This document shows positions 28,250-37,776 of a DNA stretch of 64,000 nt, in pieces (the first letter of the stretch is position 1; the number at the start of each line of letters is the position of its first letter). Below the pieces are notes generated by a model. That model was not told where the DNA came from. It worked only from the letters and a program-made list of their open reading frames with translations, and ran no database searches. The position numbers were made by a program, and so were the translations under genes. The stretch comes from Myxococcota bacterium (GTDB lineage: Bacteria > Myxococcota_A > UBA9160 > UBA6930), in the NCBI GenBank assembly GCA_965223705.1, contig OZ245015.1:416001-480000 (forward strand). The letters are read 5' to 3'.

Positions 28250-30022
28250 ATGACACAAAAAAACGCGCCCCCCGCCTACGTCTTGCCCGCCCTCGGGAAC
28301 AACCCGTCGACGGAGGCCGAGGGCACGACCCCGGGGAGCTTCGCGAACCCTCCGGCGATCGGAGAGCCCCGGACCTTTAGCTCTCCCGATACGCCGGGAA
28401 TGCCCGGGCCGTCGTCACTCACGGCGTGGGATTTCATGCCTCAAGACTGGCGGTTCGACGGGCGGCGTTGGCACCCGCCCGAGGGCTTCGTCCCGACGAC
28501 GCAGCTCGAACACGCGCGGCTCGGAACGATCACGCCGGAAATGCGCCGCGTCGCCGAGCGCGAAGCGCATCTCCGCCCTGAGCAGGTCCGCGACGAAGTC
28601 GCCGCCGGGCGCATGGTGATCCCGGCGAATCGCAATCACTTGCAGCACGCGCTCGACCCGATGTGCATCGGTCGGGCGAGCCTCACGAAAGTGAACGCGA
28701 ACATGGGAGCGTCGCCGGTCTCGAGCGGAACCGATGAAGAAGTCGAGAAGCTCCGTTTCGCCGAACACTGGGGCGCCGATACGGTGATGGATCTCTCGAC
28801 CGGCGGCGATCTCGACACGACGCGGGAAGCGATCGTCGCGAACGCCGCGGTTCCGATCGGCACGGTTCCCATCTACTCGATGATCATCGATCGGCCGATC
28901 GAGTCGCTCGACGCCGAGGTCGTGCTCGCGAACCTCGAGCATCAGGCGAAGCAGGGCGTCGACTACTTCACGATCCACGCGGGCTTGCTGTACGAGCACC
29001 TGCCCTTGGTCAATCGACGCCTGATCGGCATCGTGAGCCGCGGCGGATCGCTCCTCGCGAAGTGGATGCTCCACCATCGCGAACAGAACCTCATGTACCA
29101 GATCTGGGACGACATCTGCGAAGTGATGCGTCGCCACGACGTGACGTTCTCGATCGGCGATGGGCTTCGCCCCGGTGGTCTGGCCGACGCCACGGACGCC
29201 GCGCAACTCGGCGAGCTGACCGTCCTCGGCGAGCTGACCGAGCGCGCGTGGCGCCACGGTTGTCAGGTGATGGTCGAAGGTCCCGGGCACGTTCCTTTCG
29301 ATCAGATCGAGTACAACATGAAGTTGCAGCGCCGGCTGTGCCACGGCGCACCGTTCTACGTGCTCGGTCCGCTCGTGACCGACATCTTTCCCGGATATGA
29401 CCACATTACGAGCGCGATCGGCGCGACCGCGGCGGCGTACCACGGCGCGGCGATGCTCTGTTACGTGACGCCGAAAGAACACCTGGGACTGCCGAAGCGC
29501 GAAGACGTGAAGCAGGGATGCATCGCGTACAAGATCGCCGCACACGCAGCGGACGTCGCACTCGGCATTCCGGGAGCGCGAGATGCCGACGATGAGCTCA
29601 CGAAAGCCCGCGCCGCGCTCAACTGGGAGCGCCACTTCGAGCTCGCGTTCGACTCCGACACCGCACGCGCGTTTCACGACGAGGATCTCGACGTAGACAC
29701 CGATTTCTGTGCGATGTGCGGGCACGATTGGTGCTCGGTGCGGATCAGCAAAGAGATCCAGCAATTCGCCAGCGGGAAAGACGAAGCCTTCGCCTGGGAT
29801 CAGCCAAAGGTCTCCGCTGCGCTCACCGACGAGCAGCGAAAGATTCTCGAGCAACGCGGCGTGCTCGACCCGGCGGAGATCCATCGGTTGGCGTCCAAGA
29901 CGCGCGCGGCCGTCGGAGGGGACGAGAGCCAGCGCGCGGCTTGCCACAGCGATTTGGCGGACGCACCACTCGCTCGAGAACTTCAAGACGAACGCTTGAG
30001 CAGCGACGCAAGCGGAAACTAG
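28250..30022 (+). CDS. thiC: phosphomethylpyrimidine synthase
   Basis: [64 protein letters not shown]. Confidence 0.96.
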   Translation: MTQKNAPPAYVLPALGNNPSTEAEGTTPGSFANPPAIGEPRTFSSPDTPGMPGPSSLTAWDFMPQDWRFDGRRWHPPEGFVPTTQLEHARLGTITPEMRRVAEREAHLRPEQVRDEVAAGRMVIPANRNHLQHALDPMCIGRASLTKVNANMGASPVSSGTDEEVEKLRFAEHWGADTVMDLSTGGDLDTTREAIVANAAVPIGTVPIYSMIIDRPIESLDAEVVLANLEHQAKQGVDYFTIHAGLLYEHLPLVNRRLIGIVSRGGSLLAKWMLHHREQNLMYQIWDDICEVMRRHDVTFSIGDGLRPGGLADATDAAQLGELTVLGELTERAWRHGCQVMVEGPGHVPFDQIEYNMKLQRRLCHGAPFYVLGPLVTDIFPGYDHITSAIGATAAAYHGAAMLCYVTPKEHLGLPKREDVKQGCIAYKIAAHAADVALGIPGARDADDELTKARAALNWERHFELAFDSDTARAFHDEDLDVDTDFCAMCGHDWCSVRISKEIQQFASGKDEAFAWDQPKVSAALTDEQRKILEQRGVLDPAEIHRLASKTRAAVGGDESQRAACHSDLADAPLARELQDERLSSDASGN

Positions 30023-30031
30023 GCGGCAATC

Positions 30032-31498
30032 ATGGCTGTGCTCCGCCCGCTCTTATGGGTCGTCCTGTGTCTCACGGCGATCGCGGCGAGTGCCGAGGAA
30101 GCCAAGGAAACCCCGAGAGAAATTTTTGATTCCGGCCTGGCGTGGGTCCAGGCGGAATTTCCCGGCTTCTTTACCGTCGAGGAGCTGTGGGACGGTGTCG
30201 CCCTCACCGGCCTCGACGACGGCGTGCGCGCGTCGCTTTACGACCGGCTCAGTCGCGGCGAATGGTCCAGCGATCTGGGACGGCTCTTCCGCGTGACGTT
30301 CGCCGGGATGTCGACGCAAGCCGGGACCGTCGCCGTCGAGGGACGCGAAACGCTGCAGGTCGTCGCCGGCCTGGCGGCCGAGAGTCGAGATCTCGAGACG
30401 ATCCTGGGCGTGACCGAGCTTCTCACCGAAATGATGGACGACGCGGCGCATCCGTATTCCATCCTCGCCCAGGACCTCTTGTCGGAAAAGATGCGATGCG
30501 GCGCCGCGTCGATCGGGGACCACCGACTCGTGCAGTCGATCGCCGATCGCGTCAATCCGGATCGGGCGTTCGAGCTCGCCGGCACTGACGGAGACATTGG
30601 AGACCGCTACGGGCTTCACCGCGCCGCCGATTTGTTTTCCGTAGCGACCCGCGGCGACGTCGTCGTCGCCGTCGGCTATTTCGGGAGCGTCCTGGTTTCC
30701 CACGATCGGGGCAGCACGTTCGACGCTCCGGCTACGACGACGGACGAGCCGCTCTTCGCCGTCTCTCCGGGCGGACCGGATGAATGGTGGGCCGTCGGGC
30801 GCGGTGGCGTCGTCCTCCATTCCACCGACGACGGTCGGCACTGGGAGCGGCGCGAGACGCCGTTCCAACGGCATTACTTCGGCGTTCGCGGTGCCGGTCC
30901 CGGAGATGCCCTCGTCGTCGGCGACTTCGGTCTGCAGTTGGCGACCGAAGACGGTGGCGCGAACTGGACCTGTTTGCCCCGGGACGAAGACGTCATTCTG
31001 GGACGCGTCGTTCCCGCCGGCGGCGACGCGGTGGTCGTCGGCGAGTTCGGAACGCTGGAACGCTTTTCCGGCAACCGACCCCCCGGGATCCAAGGCGAGA
31101 CCCAGGGTGTCCCGGACGACTTCTACATCTTCGATGCTTGGTTCGATGCGTCGGGGAAGACGGGCGTCGCTGTAGGACTGGCCGGCGCCATTCTCCGGAC
31201 CGAGGACGGCGGCGGGACCTGGACGCGGCAACCGACGTCTTTCGACGCGGATCTCTACGGAGTCGGCGGTCGCGGTACGCGAATCCTCGCTGTCGGCGAG
31301 GGTGGTTTCATCGCGGTCTCGGTCGACGGAGGGAAGAGCTTTCGCGAAAGCCGCGCCGACGCGCCGCCGGTTCCGCTCCACGACGTCGCGATCGGTTCCT
31401 CGGGCGACGCTTATTTCGTCGGGTTGCGCGGCAGCGTATTCCGCATGGATCCCGACTCTGAGCGGGCCGTGCAGCTCCATCCCGAGCCGAGCTCATGA
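30032..31498 (+). CDS. secreted YCF48/BNR-repeat beta-propeller protein with an extra N-terminal region
   Basis: Signal peptide; repeated VGxxG...SxDGGxxW motifs. Confidence 0.85.
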   Translation: MAVLRPLLWVVLCLTAIAASAEEAKETPREIFDSGLAWVQAEFPGFFTVEELWDGVALTGLDDGVRASLYDRLSRGEWSSDLGRLFRVTFAGMSTQAGTVAVEGRETLQVVAGLAAESRDLETILGVTELLTEMMDDAAHPYSILAQDLLSEKMRCGAASIGDHRLVQSIADRVNPDRAFELAGTDGDIGDRYGLHRAADLFSVATRGDVVVAVGYFGSVLVSHDRGSTFDAPATTTDEPLFAVSPGGPDEWWAVGRGGVVLHSTDDGRHWERRETPFQRHYFGVRGAGPGDALVVGDFGLQLATEDGGANWTCLPRDEDVILGRVVPAGGDAVVVGEFGTLERFSGNRPPGIQGETQGVPDDFYIFDAWFDASGKTGVAVGLAGAILRTEDGGGTWTRQPTSFDADLYGVGGRGTRILAVGEGGFIAVSVDGGKSFRESRADAPPVPLHDVAIGSSGDAYFVGLRGSVFRMDPDSERAVQLHPEPSS

Positions 31499-34275
31499 AC
31501 GCATCCCTCCGCTTCTCGCGGTTTTTCGCGCGTCGGCGCCACTGGTTCGCGCTGGCGATCGCCGCGGTTACGCTGTTTTTCGCGGCGGGTATCCGTCATC
31601 TCGAGATCTACACGCAGTTTCTCGATCTGCTGCCGCGAGACCATCGATACATCAAGACCTACGAGGCCTACCGCGACGTTTACGGAACGGCGAACGCCGT
31701 TGTCGCCGCCGTCGTCGCTCGCGATGGCGATATCTACAGCGAGGAAGTCCTCGAGGCCGTGAGTTTTCTGACGGACGGCATGGACTCGTCCGTGGTCGCT
31801 CCCGCGGTGAACGCGCGGCCGGTCAGCGATTTCATTCATCCGGAGGGATGGATTTCAAAGGCGGTGCTGTCCGTGGTTCGCGCGACGGACGCACTCTTCG
31901 CGAGACCCGCCAACGTCGCAGCGAAAACCGGGGTGGAGCACAACCGCACCCAGAGCCTGACCCATCGGACAGTCCGAGATCAGCGCGTTCGCTTGGACGG
32001 AACGCTCGTCGCTCCGCAACTGCTTCTCGAGACTCCGACGAGCCCAGAGGAATGGCGCGAGCTTCGCGAGCGCGTGCGGCGCAACCCCTCGGTCTACGGT
32101 GTGCTCGTTTCCCTCGATGAGCGCGCGACTCTGGTGCGGACGAGTTTCATCGAATCGCGTATCGATTACGAAGCGCTTTTCAAGCACATGCGCTTCCTCG
32201 AAGGCTTCGTCGAGGAAAACTATCCGGTCGACGTCTATTTGACCGGGCAGCCCATGCTCTTCGGCTGGAGCTACGCCTTCGCGACCGAGATTTTCCTCGT
32301 GTTCCTGGCGACGATTCTCGTGTCCGTCGCGCTGCTCTGGTTCTATTTCCGCCGCGGCTACGGCGTGTTCCTGCCGCTTTCCGGAGCGGCGGTCAACGTC
32401 GTTTGGGGCCTGGGTTTTGCCGGCTGGGTCGGCTTCAACATGGACCCCCTCGTGTTGGTGGTGCCGATGTTGATCACGGCGCGCGCCATCAGCCACTCCG
32501 TGCAGTTCGTCGAACGGTTCTACGAGGAATACGAAGAGCTCGGGGACAAGGACGAAGCCTGCATTCGTTCCATGGCGGAACTGCTGCTGCCGGGAACCAT
32601 GGCGATCCTCACGGACTGCGTCGGCCTCCTGACGATCGCTTTGGCGACGATCCCCCTGATCGAGAAGCTCGGATTGTTGTGCGCGTTCTGGGCGGCTTCG
32701 ATCGCGGTCACGGAAATGCTGCTCAACCGCCTCTTGATTCTGTACCTGCCGGCGCCGAGGGAACGCGAACGAAGGGTGCCGGTTCTCGCTTCGCGGGTGC
32801 TCAAGGCGGCGGGTCGTTGGGTGAGCAATCCGGGCAGCGCTACCGCGACGGCGGCCGGCTTCGCCTTCGCCGCGATCGGTAGCTTGCTCATCGCCGAGAG
32901 TGTTCCCGTCGGAGAGAACCGCCCCGGCACGCCGATCCTCTACCCGGAGTCGGAGTTCAACATCGCGGCCGGAGAAATCGGGCGCCGTTTCTTCGGCCTC
33001 GACGAACTGTTGGTCGTCGCGCATTCCGACGTCCCGGGCCGGGTTTTCGCACCAGACGGGTTGAAGAACGTCGAGTCGCTGCAACGGGTTCTCGAAACGG
33101 ATCCCGCCGCCGGCGGCAGCGTGAGTCTCGTCGACCTGTTCAAGCAGACGAGCCGGTTGTTCCACAACAACGATCCGCGGTGGGGGATCTGGCTACAGAC
33201 GACGGCCGAAGTCGTCGGGTTCCAATACCTCCTCGAGACGTCCGTGCCCGCCCAAGGCGTGCTCGATCCCTACCGTTCCCAAGACGGCGAGTCGATGTCG
33301 ATTCGCGTGTTCTACCGCGATCACCAAGCCGAAACCGTGGCGCGCGCCGATGCGCTTCTCTCGCGTTTCATTCGCGATGAACGTGTGGCCGGTCCGCTGG
33401 CCGTTGAGCTCCTTCCCCCTCGAGTGAGCGCGCTGCGGAGATGGCTCGGGCCCTTGCTTCCCGATCCGCGTCCGACGCTCTCGGTGACGGTGCCCGGAGC
33501 GGACGGAAGTCGCGTCGCTCTCGAAGTGGAAGAGATTTCCGGAGAAGGCACCGTCTTCGCGCGCTGGACCGAACGCGACGGCGTCGGGCGCGCTGCCGAA
33601 CTCCGACGGGCCGGCTTGTACGAGCCCTACGAGCTCTGGGTGCGACGCCATGCCGACGCGCCTTGGGCGTCGCGCCACAACGGCTTGTGGCTGCCGGAGG
33701 GCATCGAGCTGCGTGCCGCCGCGGGCACCATGGGGGTTCTGGCCGCGGCGAATCAGGAAATCGAATCCAGCCACCGAGCGGGGTTGCTGGTCGTTTTCGC
33801 GGCGACGTTTTGCATCATCGCGCTGAGTTATCGCTCCTGGTTGGTCGGTGCTCTTCTCACGATGTCTCTCGGCACCGCCGCGCTCGCGGCACTCGCGGTG
33901 CAGGGAATCGCGGGGATCGGCATCAACGTCAACACCTTGCCGGTCCAAGCGATCGGTGTTGGGATCGGCGTCGACTACGCGATCTACATCGTCGATCGCG
34001 TCCGAGAGGAGCTGCGTCGCGGATTGGCGCGAGAAGCCGCGTTGGCGCGGGCGGTCGAGACGACGGGCCTCGCGATCGCGTTTACCGCCACAACCCTGCT
34101 GGCCGGGATCATCTTCTGGATCCCCATCTCGAGCCTTCGGTTTTCCGCCGATATGAGCTTGCTGTTGTCGGTGTTGATGGGCGTGAACGCCGTGGCGGCG
34201 ATCCTGCTCGTGCCGTCGCTGCTGCGACTCGTTCCCGAAAGCTGGATTCTTCCCAGGAACGAGAAGACACCCTGA
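31495..34275 (+). CDS. MMPL/RND-family transporter (lipid/sterol-associated type)
   Basis: Two repeats of TM-periplasmic-5TM; ARAISHSVQ, ILTD, GIGVDYAIY, TTGLAI; coupled to the YCF48 gene. Confidence 0.88.
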   Translation: MNASLRFSRFFARRRHWFALAIAAVTLFFAAGIRHLEIYTQFLDLLPRDHRYIKTYEAYRDVYGTANAVVAAVVARDGDIYSEEVLEAVSFLTDGMDSSVVAPAVNARPVSDFIHPEGWISKAVLSVVRATDALFARPANVAAKTGVEHNRTQSLTHRTVRDQRVRLDGTLVAPQLLLETPTSPEEWRELRERVRRNPSVYGVLVSLDERATLVRTSFIESRIDYEALFKHMRFLEGFVEENYPVDVYLTGQPMLFGWSYAFATEIFLVFLATILVSVALLWFYFRRGYGVFLPLSGAAVNVVWGLGFAGWVGFNMDPLVLVVPMLITARAISHSVQFVERFYEEYEELGDKDEACIRSMAELLLPGTMAILTDCVGLLTIALATIPLIEKLGLLCAFWAASIAVTEMLLNRLLILYLPAPRERERRVPVLASRVLKAAGRWVSNPGSATATAAGFAFAAIGSLLIAESVPVGENRPGTPILYPESEFNIAAGEIGRRFFGLDELLVVAHSDVPGRVFAPDGLKNVESLQRVLETDPAAGGSVSLVDLFKQTSRLFHNNDPRWGIWLQTTAEVVGFQYLLETSVPAQGVLDPYRSQDGESMSIRVFYRDHQAETVARADALLSRFIRDERVAGPLAVELLPPRVSALRRWLGPLLPDPRPTLSVTVPGADGSRVALEVEEISGEGTVFARWTERDGVGRAAELRRAGLYEPYELWVRRHADAPWASRHNGLWLPEGIELRAAAGTMGVLAAANQEIESSHRAGLLVVFAATFCIIALSYRSWLVGALLTMSLGTAALAALAVQGIAGIGINVNTLPVQAIGVGIGVDYAIYIVDRVREELRRGLAREAALARAVETTGLAIAFTATTLLAGIIFWIPISSLRFSADMSLLLSVLMGVNAVAAILLVPSLLRLVPESWILPRNEKTP

Positions 34276-34317
34276 AAAAAGAAGACGCCCCGGAGCCGCT
34301 TTGGCAACCGGGGCGTC
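34275..34317 (-). terminator. Rho-independent terminator
   Basis: 10-bp stem GACGCCCCGG/CCGGGGCGTC (34284-34293 with 34308-34317), followed on the minus strand by TTCTTTTTT; lies between convergent genes. Confidence 0.75.
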
Positions 34318-34367
34318 CTATCCGAGCCTTACCCCCCCCTGGCGCAGCCCGGAACAACGATCTTCGA

Positions 34368-35348
34368 TCACTGTTTCGGCCGTACCGGGTCGGCCTTGAG
34401 GTTTTTTTGCCGATTCCCTGCGGGTCCCCGCGTACGCAAGAGCGGCGCCTGCTCAGGTGCTCTACGGACTGCAGGCCGGGGTGAATTGCCCTCTTCTCCG
34501 GGATCGAGAATCACGCCGCCGTCGTCATCGGCCCAGCGAATCTGGCGGTAGTCAAAGCCTCCCTCGGCGATGATGTTGAACTTCACGACCTCGAAGTACG
34601 GAGAGAGATCGAAATCTCGAGGCGTCAGCATCGTCGGGTGCCGGCGGTAGTAGAGCCCCCGCGTTCGCGGCTGTCCGCGCGACCATAATCGCCGCCAGGA
34701 GCGCGGCGGACGGAGCACATGGGGTTCGGCCGAAGAGAACTCGACACGCGGCAAGATCGGGAACCCGACATGGTGGAAGATCTGTCCGATCAAACTCGAG
34801 CAGATCACTTCTGTCGGGGCGCGGCTTCCGAGGCGCGAACGCGGTTTCGTGCGGGTGGGCGCGACCGCCAAGACGGCGAAGTAGCGCATGAGGTCGAGGA
34901 TGTTCCGCAAGTCGTAACGCCAGCCGAGCGCGGCGACGGCTTCGTCGAGAACTTGTTTCAGGTGCTCCGCGCGTAGACGGTAAGGTCGCAAGAGCCGAAT
35001 GTTCAAATGCAGATATTTGTCGGCCGGAACGGCCACGACGCCTTCCGGGAGCGCCTCGATCATCAAGCGGTCGGCATGGTCGCCAAACTTCGCCCGCGCT
35101 TCTTCCCGCGTGTCGTCCCTGCGAATCAACTCGTCGCCGATATAGAGCGCCAAGTGAGACCATGAACTCTGCGTCAAATACTTCGTGATCGCGGATACGC
35201 GGCTGTCTCCCTCGACGAGGACGACATCGCCCTTTCGGATTTGCGCGAAAAAACCCGACGGATCGTTCCAGGTGCGCCTTTCGTAGTGCGGAAGGCTTCG
35301 GGTCAAGAAGTCGACGACCCGGAGCGTGAGCCAGCTCCGGATACTCAT
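34368..35348 (-). CDS. permuted papain-like NlpC/P60 (YiiX/YebB) family protein
   Basis: GDVVLVEG, TQSSWSH, YDLRN, ICSSLI, TPRDFDLSPYFEVVK. Confidence 0.82.
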   Translation of the reverse strand: MSIRSWLTLRVVDFLTRSLPHYERRTWNDPSGFFAQIRKGDVVLVEGDSRVSAITKYLTQSSWSHLALYIGDELIRRDDTREEARAKFGDHADRLMIEALPEGVVAVPADKYLHLNIRLLRPYRLRAEHLKQVLDEAVAALGWRYDLRNILDLMRYFAVLAVAPTRTKPRSRLGSRAPTEVICSSLIGQIFHHVGFPILPRVEFSSAEPHVLRPPRSWRRLWSRGQPRTRGLYYRRHPTMLTPRDFDLSPYFEVVKFNIIAEGGFDYRQIRWADDDGGVILDPGEEGNSPRPAVRRAPEQAPLLRTRGPAGNRQKNLKADPVRPKQ

Positions 35349-35393
35349 GACGGCTCCCTTGCTCGAAGGACGGGCTTGCTCGAGACTTGCGCG

Positions 35394-35882
35394 ATGGAAC
35401 GACTACGCGGCGTCGGCCTGGCGCTACTCGCGTTGTGTCTGGGCGTGTGGCCGGGCGCAGCGCTCTTGTTCACGTTCGCAGTAGCGCCCGCGATCTTCGC
35501 GTTGGCGGATCGGCCAGGAGAAGCCGGTGAGGCGATTGCCCATGTCCTAGCGGTTCTGCACATCGGTGGAGCCTGTGTCTTCTCCTCGGCCGGGCTACTG
35601 GCCTGGGCGCATCGGTTGGGCGCTTGGCTGCAGATCGGCCCGGTCGTCCTGGCGGCGCTGTGCCTCTTCTCCCATTTCGGCGTTTCCGGGCCGCTGGCTG
35701 AGCTGCGAGAACGCCCCGCTGAGGCGCGCACCGCCGCCGATCAGGAGTCGCAGCGACGCCTCCACCGGATCTCCGTGGCGGTATTTTCCATTGTGGGTGT
35801 CGGTAATTTGGTATTGCTTTACCGCTTCGGTGCGGAGGCCAGCGGGCCTATTTCACAACGCTCAAATCCGCGCATTTCTTGA
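35394..35882 (+). CDS. DUF4149/TMEM205-like membrane protein
   Basis: FAVAPAIF...AG and RRLHRISV motifs, four TM segments. Confidence 0.75.
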   Translation: MERLRGVGLALLALCLGVWPGAALLFTFAVAPAIFALADRPGEAGEAIAHVLAVLHIGGACVFSSAGLLAWAHRLGAWLQIGPVVLAALCLFSHFGVSGPLAELRERPAEARTAADQESQRRLHRISVAVFSIVGVGNLVLLYRFGAEASGPISQRSNPRIS

Positions 35883-35998
35883 AAATCCGTAGCCCCGGCG
35901 CGGAGCGTTGTGTATGCTCCAGGCGACTGGAAACTCTACTGGTTTCAACGACTTACGTCGTGTCTGACCGTCTAAAGTTCGACCGGAGCTCAACCACC

Positions 35999-36214
35999 AT
36001 GGAAGTGCGCATCAAAGCCACTCTCTCGTTTACCGTCGCCGGTGGCGCACTAGAAGACGGCCTCGCCGAATACGACGAACTCTCCGTGGACGGCCTCCTC
36101 CGGGAAATCCTCGATAAAGCGCTCGCGGTCGACGATATCGAGGTCGTGGTGACCGAAGGCCCCAATAGCCTCGAAGAGTACGATTCCGTGCAGCAGCAGG
36201 CCGGCGGTTCCTAG
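35999..36214 (+). CDS. small acidic hypothetical protein (71 aa)
   Basis: GGAG SD, coding-like codon usage, 16 D/E versus 4 K/R. Confidence 0.7.
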   Translation: MEVRIKATLSFTVAGGALEDGLAEYDELSVDGLLREILDKALAVDDIEVVVTEGPNSLEEYDSVQQQAGGS

Positions 36215-36225
36215 CCGGTAGCTCT

Positions 36226-36627
36226 CTAGAACAAGCTGAGTTGGCCGGATTCGGGGGCCGTTTTCCGCGGTTCTCGCGGCGCCGGCTCCGAGCGTTTCGG
36301 CCTCGGCCGATAAATCCCCTCGTCCCGCGCGTACTCGAGCACTTCGTGATAGAAGCGCTGGAACCTGGGACCGTGGTTGAAGTGGCGCAGGTGGGCGAGT
36401 TCATGGCACAGGGTGCTGATGAGGCTCGAATAGCGGAGGGGCTCGCGGGTTGTCACATGGTTGAGGCGCACGCGGATGGTCCCATCGGAGAAGCAAACGC
36501 CGTAGCGGTTCTTCACGTTGGCACGTTCCGCTTCGATCGCTCGGTAGCGCAGTCCGAATCGCTCGGCGATGCGGGCTCCGTCTCGGCGCAAACGCTCCAT
36601 CAATTCGCGGCGGGCTTTCCGGTCCAC
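36226..36627 (-). CDS. minimal zinc metalloprotease (WLM/Wss1- or YgjP/SprT-like) with C-terminal QLSLF motif
   Basis: TLCHELAHLRHFNHGPRF (HExxH-x5-H); ends ...PESGQLSLF*. Confidence 0.85.
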   Translation of the reverse strand: MDRKARRELMERLRRDGARIAERFGLRYRAIEAERANVKNRYGVCFSDGTIRVRLNHVTTREPLRYSSLISTLCHELAHLRHFNHGPRFQRFYHEVLEYARDEGIYRPRPKRSEPAPREPRKTAPESGQLSLF

Positions 36628-36668
36628 GTGATGAAGATAGCGACCGCCGTCCGGGCTACCCTAGGGAA

Positions 36669-37328
36669 ATGCCGCTTCCCGAAGCGCCGCTGCCCCTTTT
36701 TCCGTTAGCTGCGGTGGTCTTGTTCCCGGAGACCCAGGTCCCGCTGCATGTTTTCGAACCCCGGTACCGCCAGTTGATGGAGGACGTCGTCGAGGGAGAA
36801 GGACACATCGGCATGGTGACGGTCGTGCCGGAGCATCAGTCCTCGATGTCCGGAGATCCGCCGATCTTTCCGCTGGGGTGCGCGGGCGAAGTCGCGCAGC
36901 ATCAGCGCTTGCCCGACGGTCGCTACAACCTGATCTTGCGGGCCACGCACCGTTTCGAAGTGATCTCGGAACACCCGGTCACCGACGCGCGTCTGTATCG
37001 GCAGGCGGACGTTCGCCTCGTTCCCGAACGCGAGCCGACCGAAGATGGAGTGCTCGCAGAGACGCGGGAAACGGTCGTTCGGTTGCTCCGCGAGCTCCTC
37101 CGGATGACAACCGGACGTGAGGCCGAGTTGGATGAGAAGCGCCTCGGCGCTCTGACCGAGACAGCGTTCGTGAACACGATTTCGCAGGCGCTCGCGGTTT
37201 CTACGGTGGAAAAGCAGGGGCTCCTGGAAGCGCCCGGGGCCGAGGAACGATCGCGGCGACTGATCGACCTGTTGCGTTTCCAAATCGCCGCCGGATCGCG
37301 CGGCAGCGGGCCCGAAACGGTCCACTAG
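36669..37328 (+). CDS. stand-alone Lon protease N-terminal substrate-binding domain protein
   Basis: LPLFPL, VLFP, PLHVFEPRYRQL, LPDGRYNL, EKQGLLEA. Confidence 0.9.
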   Translation: MPLPEAPLPLFPLAAVVLFPETQVPLHVFEPRYRQLMEDVVEGEGHIGMVTVVPEHQSSMSGDPPIFPLGCAGEVAQHQRLPDGRYNLILRATHRFEVISEHPVTDARLYRQADVRLVPEREPTEDGVLAETRETVVRLLRELLRMTTGREAELDEKRLGALTETAFVNTISQALAVSTVEKQGLLEAPGAEERSRRLIDLLRFQIAAGSRGSGPETVH

Positions 37329-37776
37329 AGAAATCGAGTATTCTCGAGTTAACGTGCGTAAAACGAACTAAATCGTCGATTCGCAATTTTTAGAATCGCG
37401 TTTTTGTCCGCTCGTCTCGGCCTCGGAAAAACCTCTCGCAAAGTTCACCGAAACACCTGATTTTGCAGAAGCAATTGGCTTCGAGCGCACCGCTCACCGT
37501 CGCTGTGTACCCGAAACCTTGGCGTGTCGCCCAACGAGTACGATCGTCCGCAGCCCTCGTTGCGCGACTGCGGTGAGCGTGATTGAATGGCCACGGTGAT
37601 GGAGGTCCGTAGGCTGATTCTCGGGTGAAACCGCTGGAAAACCGGAAAAAACGGCTTCACCGATCCCCGCGAGGAGCCGATTCCAGCCCCCGCTGACGCC
37701 GCTCGGACGAGTGAGAGAACAACAGACAGTGCGGTCCCGCCAGCTGTAGCTCGTTGGGCCCGGAGCCAATCCGCGA

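Noticed and set aside
35999..36214. Pup/UBact-like modifier because of the GG near the C-terminus
   Set aside because: It ends GGS rather than GGE/GGQ, and no pafA/dop/proteasome genes are in the window
37730..37770. Cobalamin riboswitch (CGGTCCCGCCAGCTGTA resembles part of the motif)
   Set aside because: The upstream AGGGAA/GGTG-AA-TCC elements and the downstream B12 box are missing
37329..37776. oriC next to dnaA
   Set aside because: The start of the gap is AT-richer, but I found no TTATCCACA-type box cluster and no dnaN/gyrB/rpmH context
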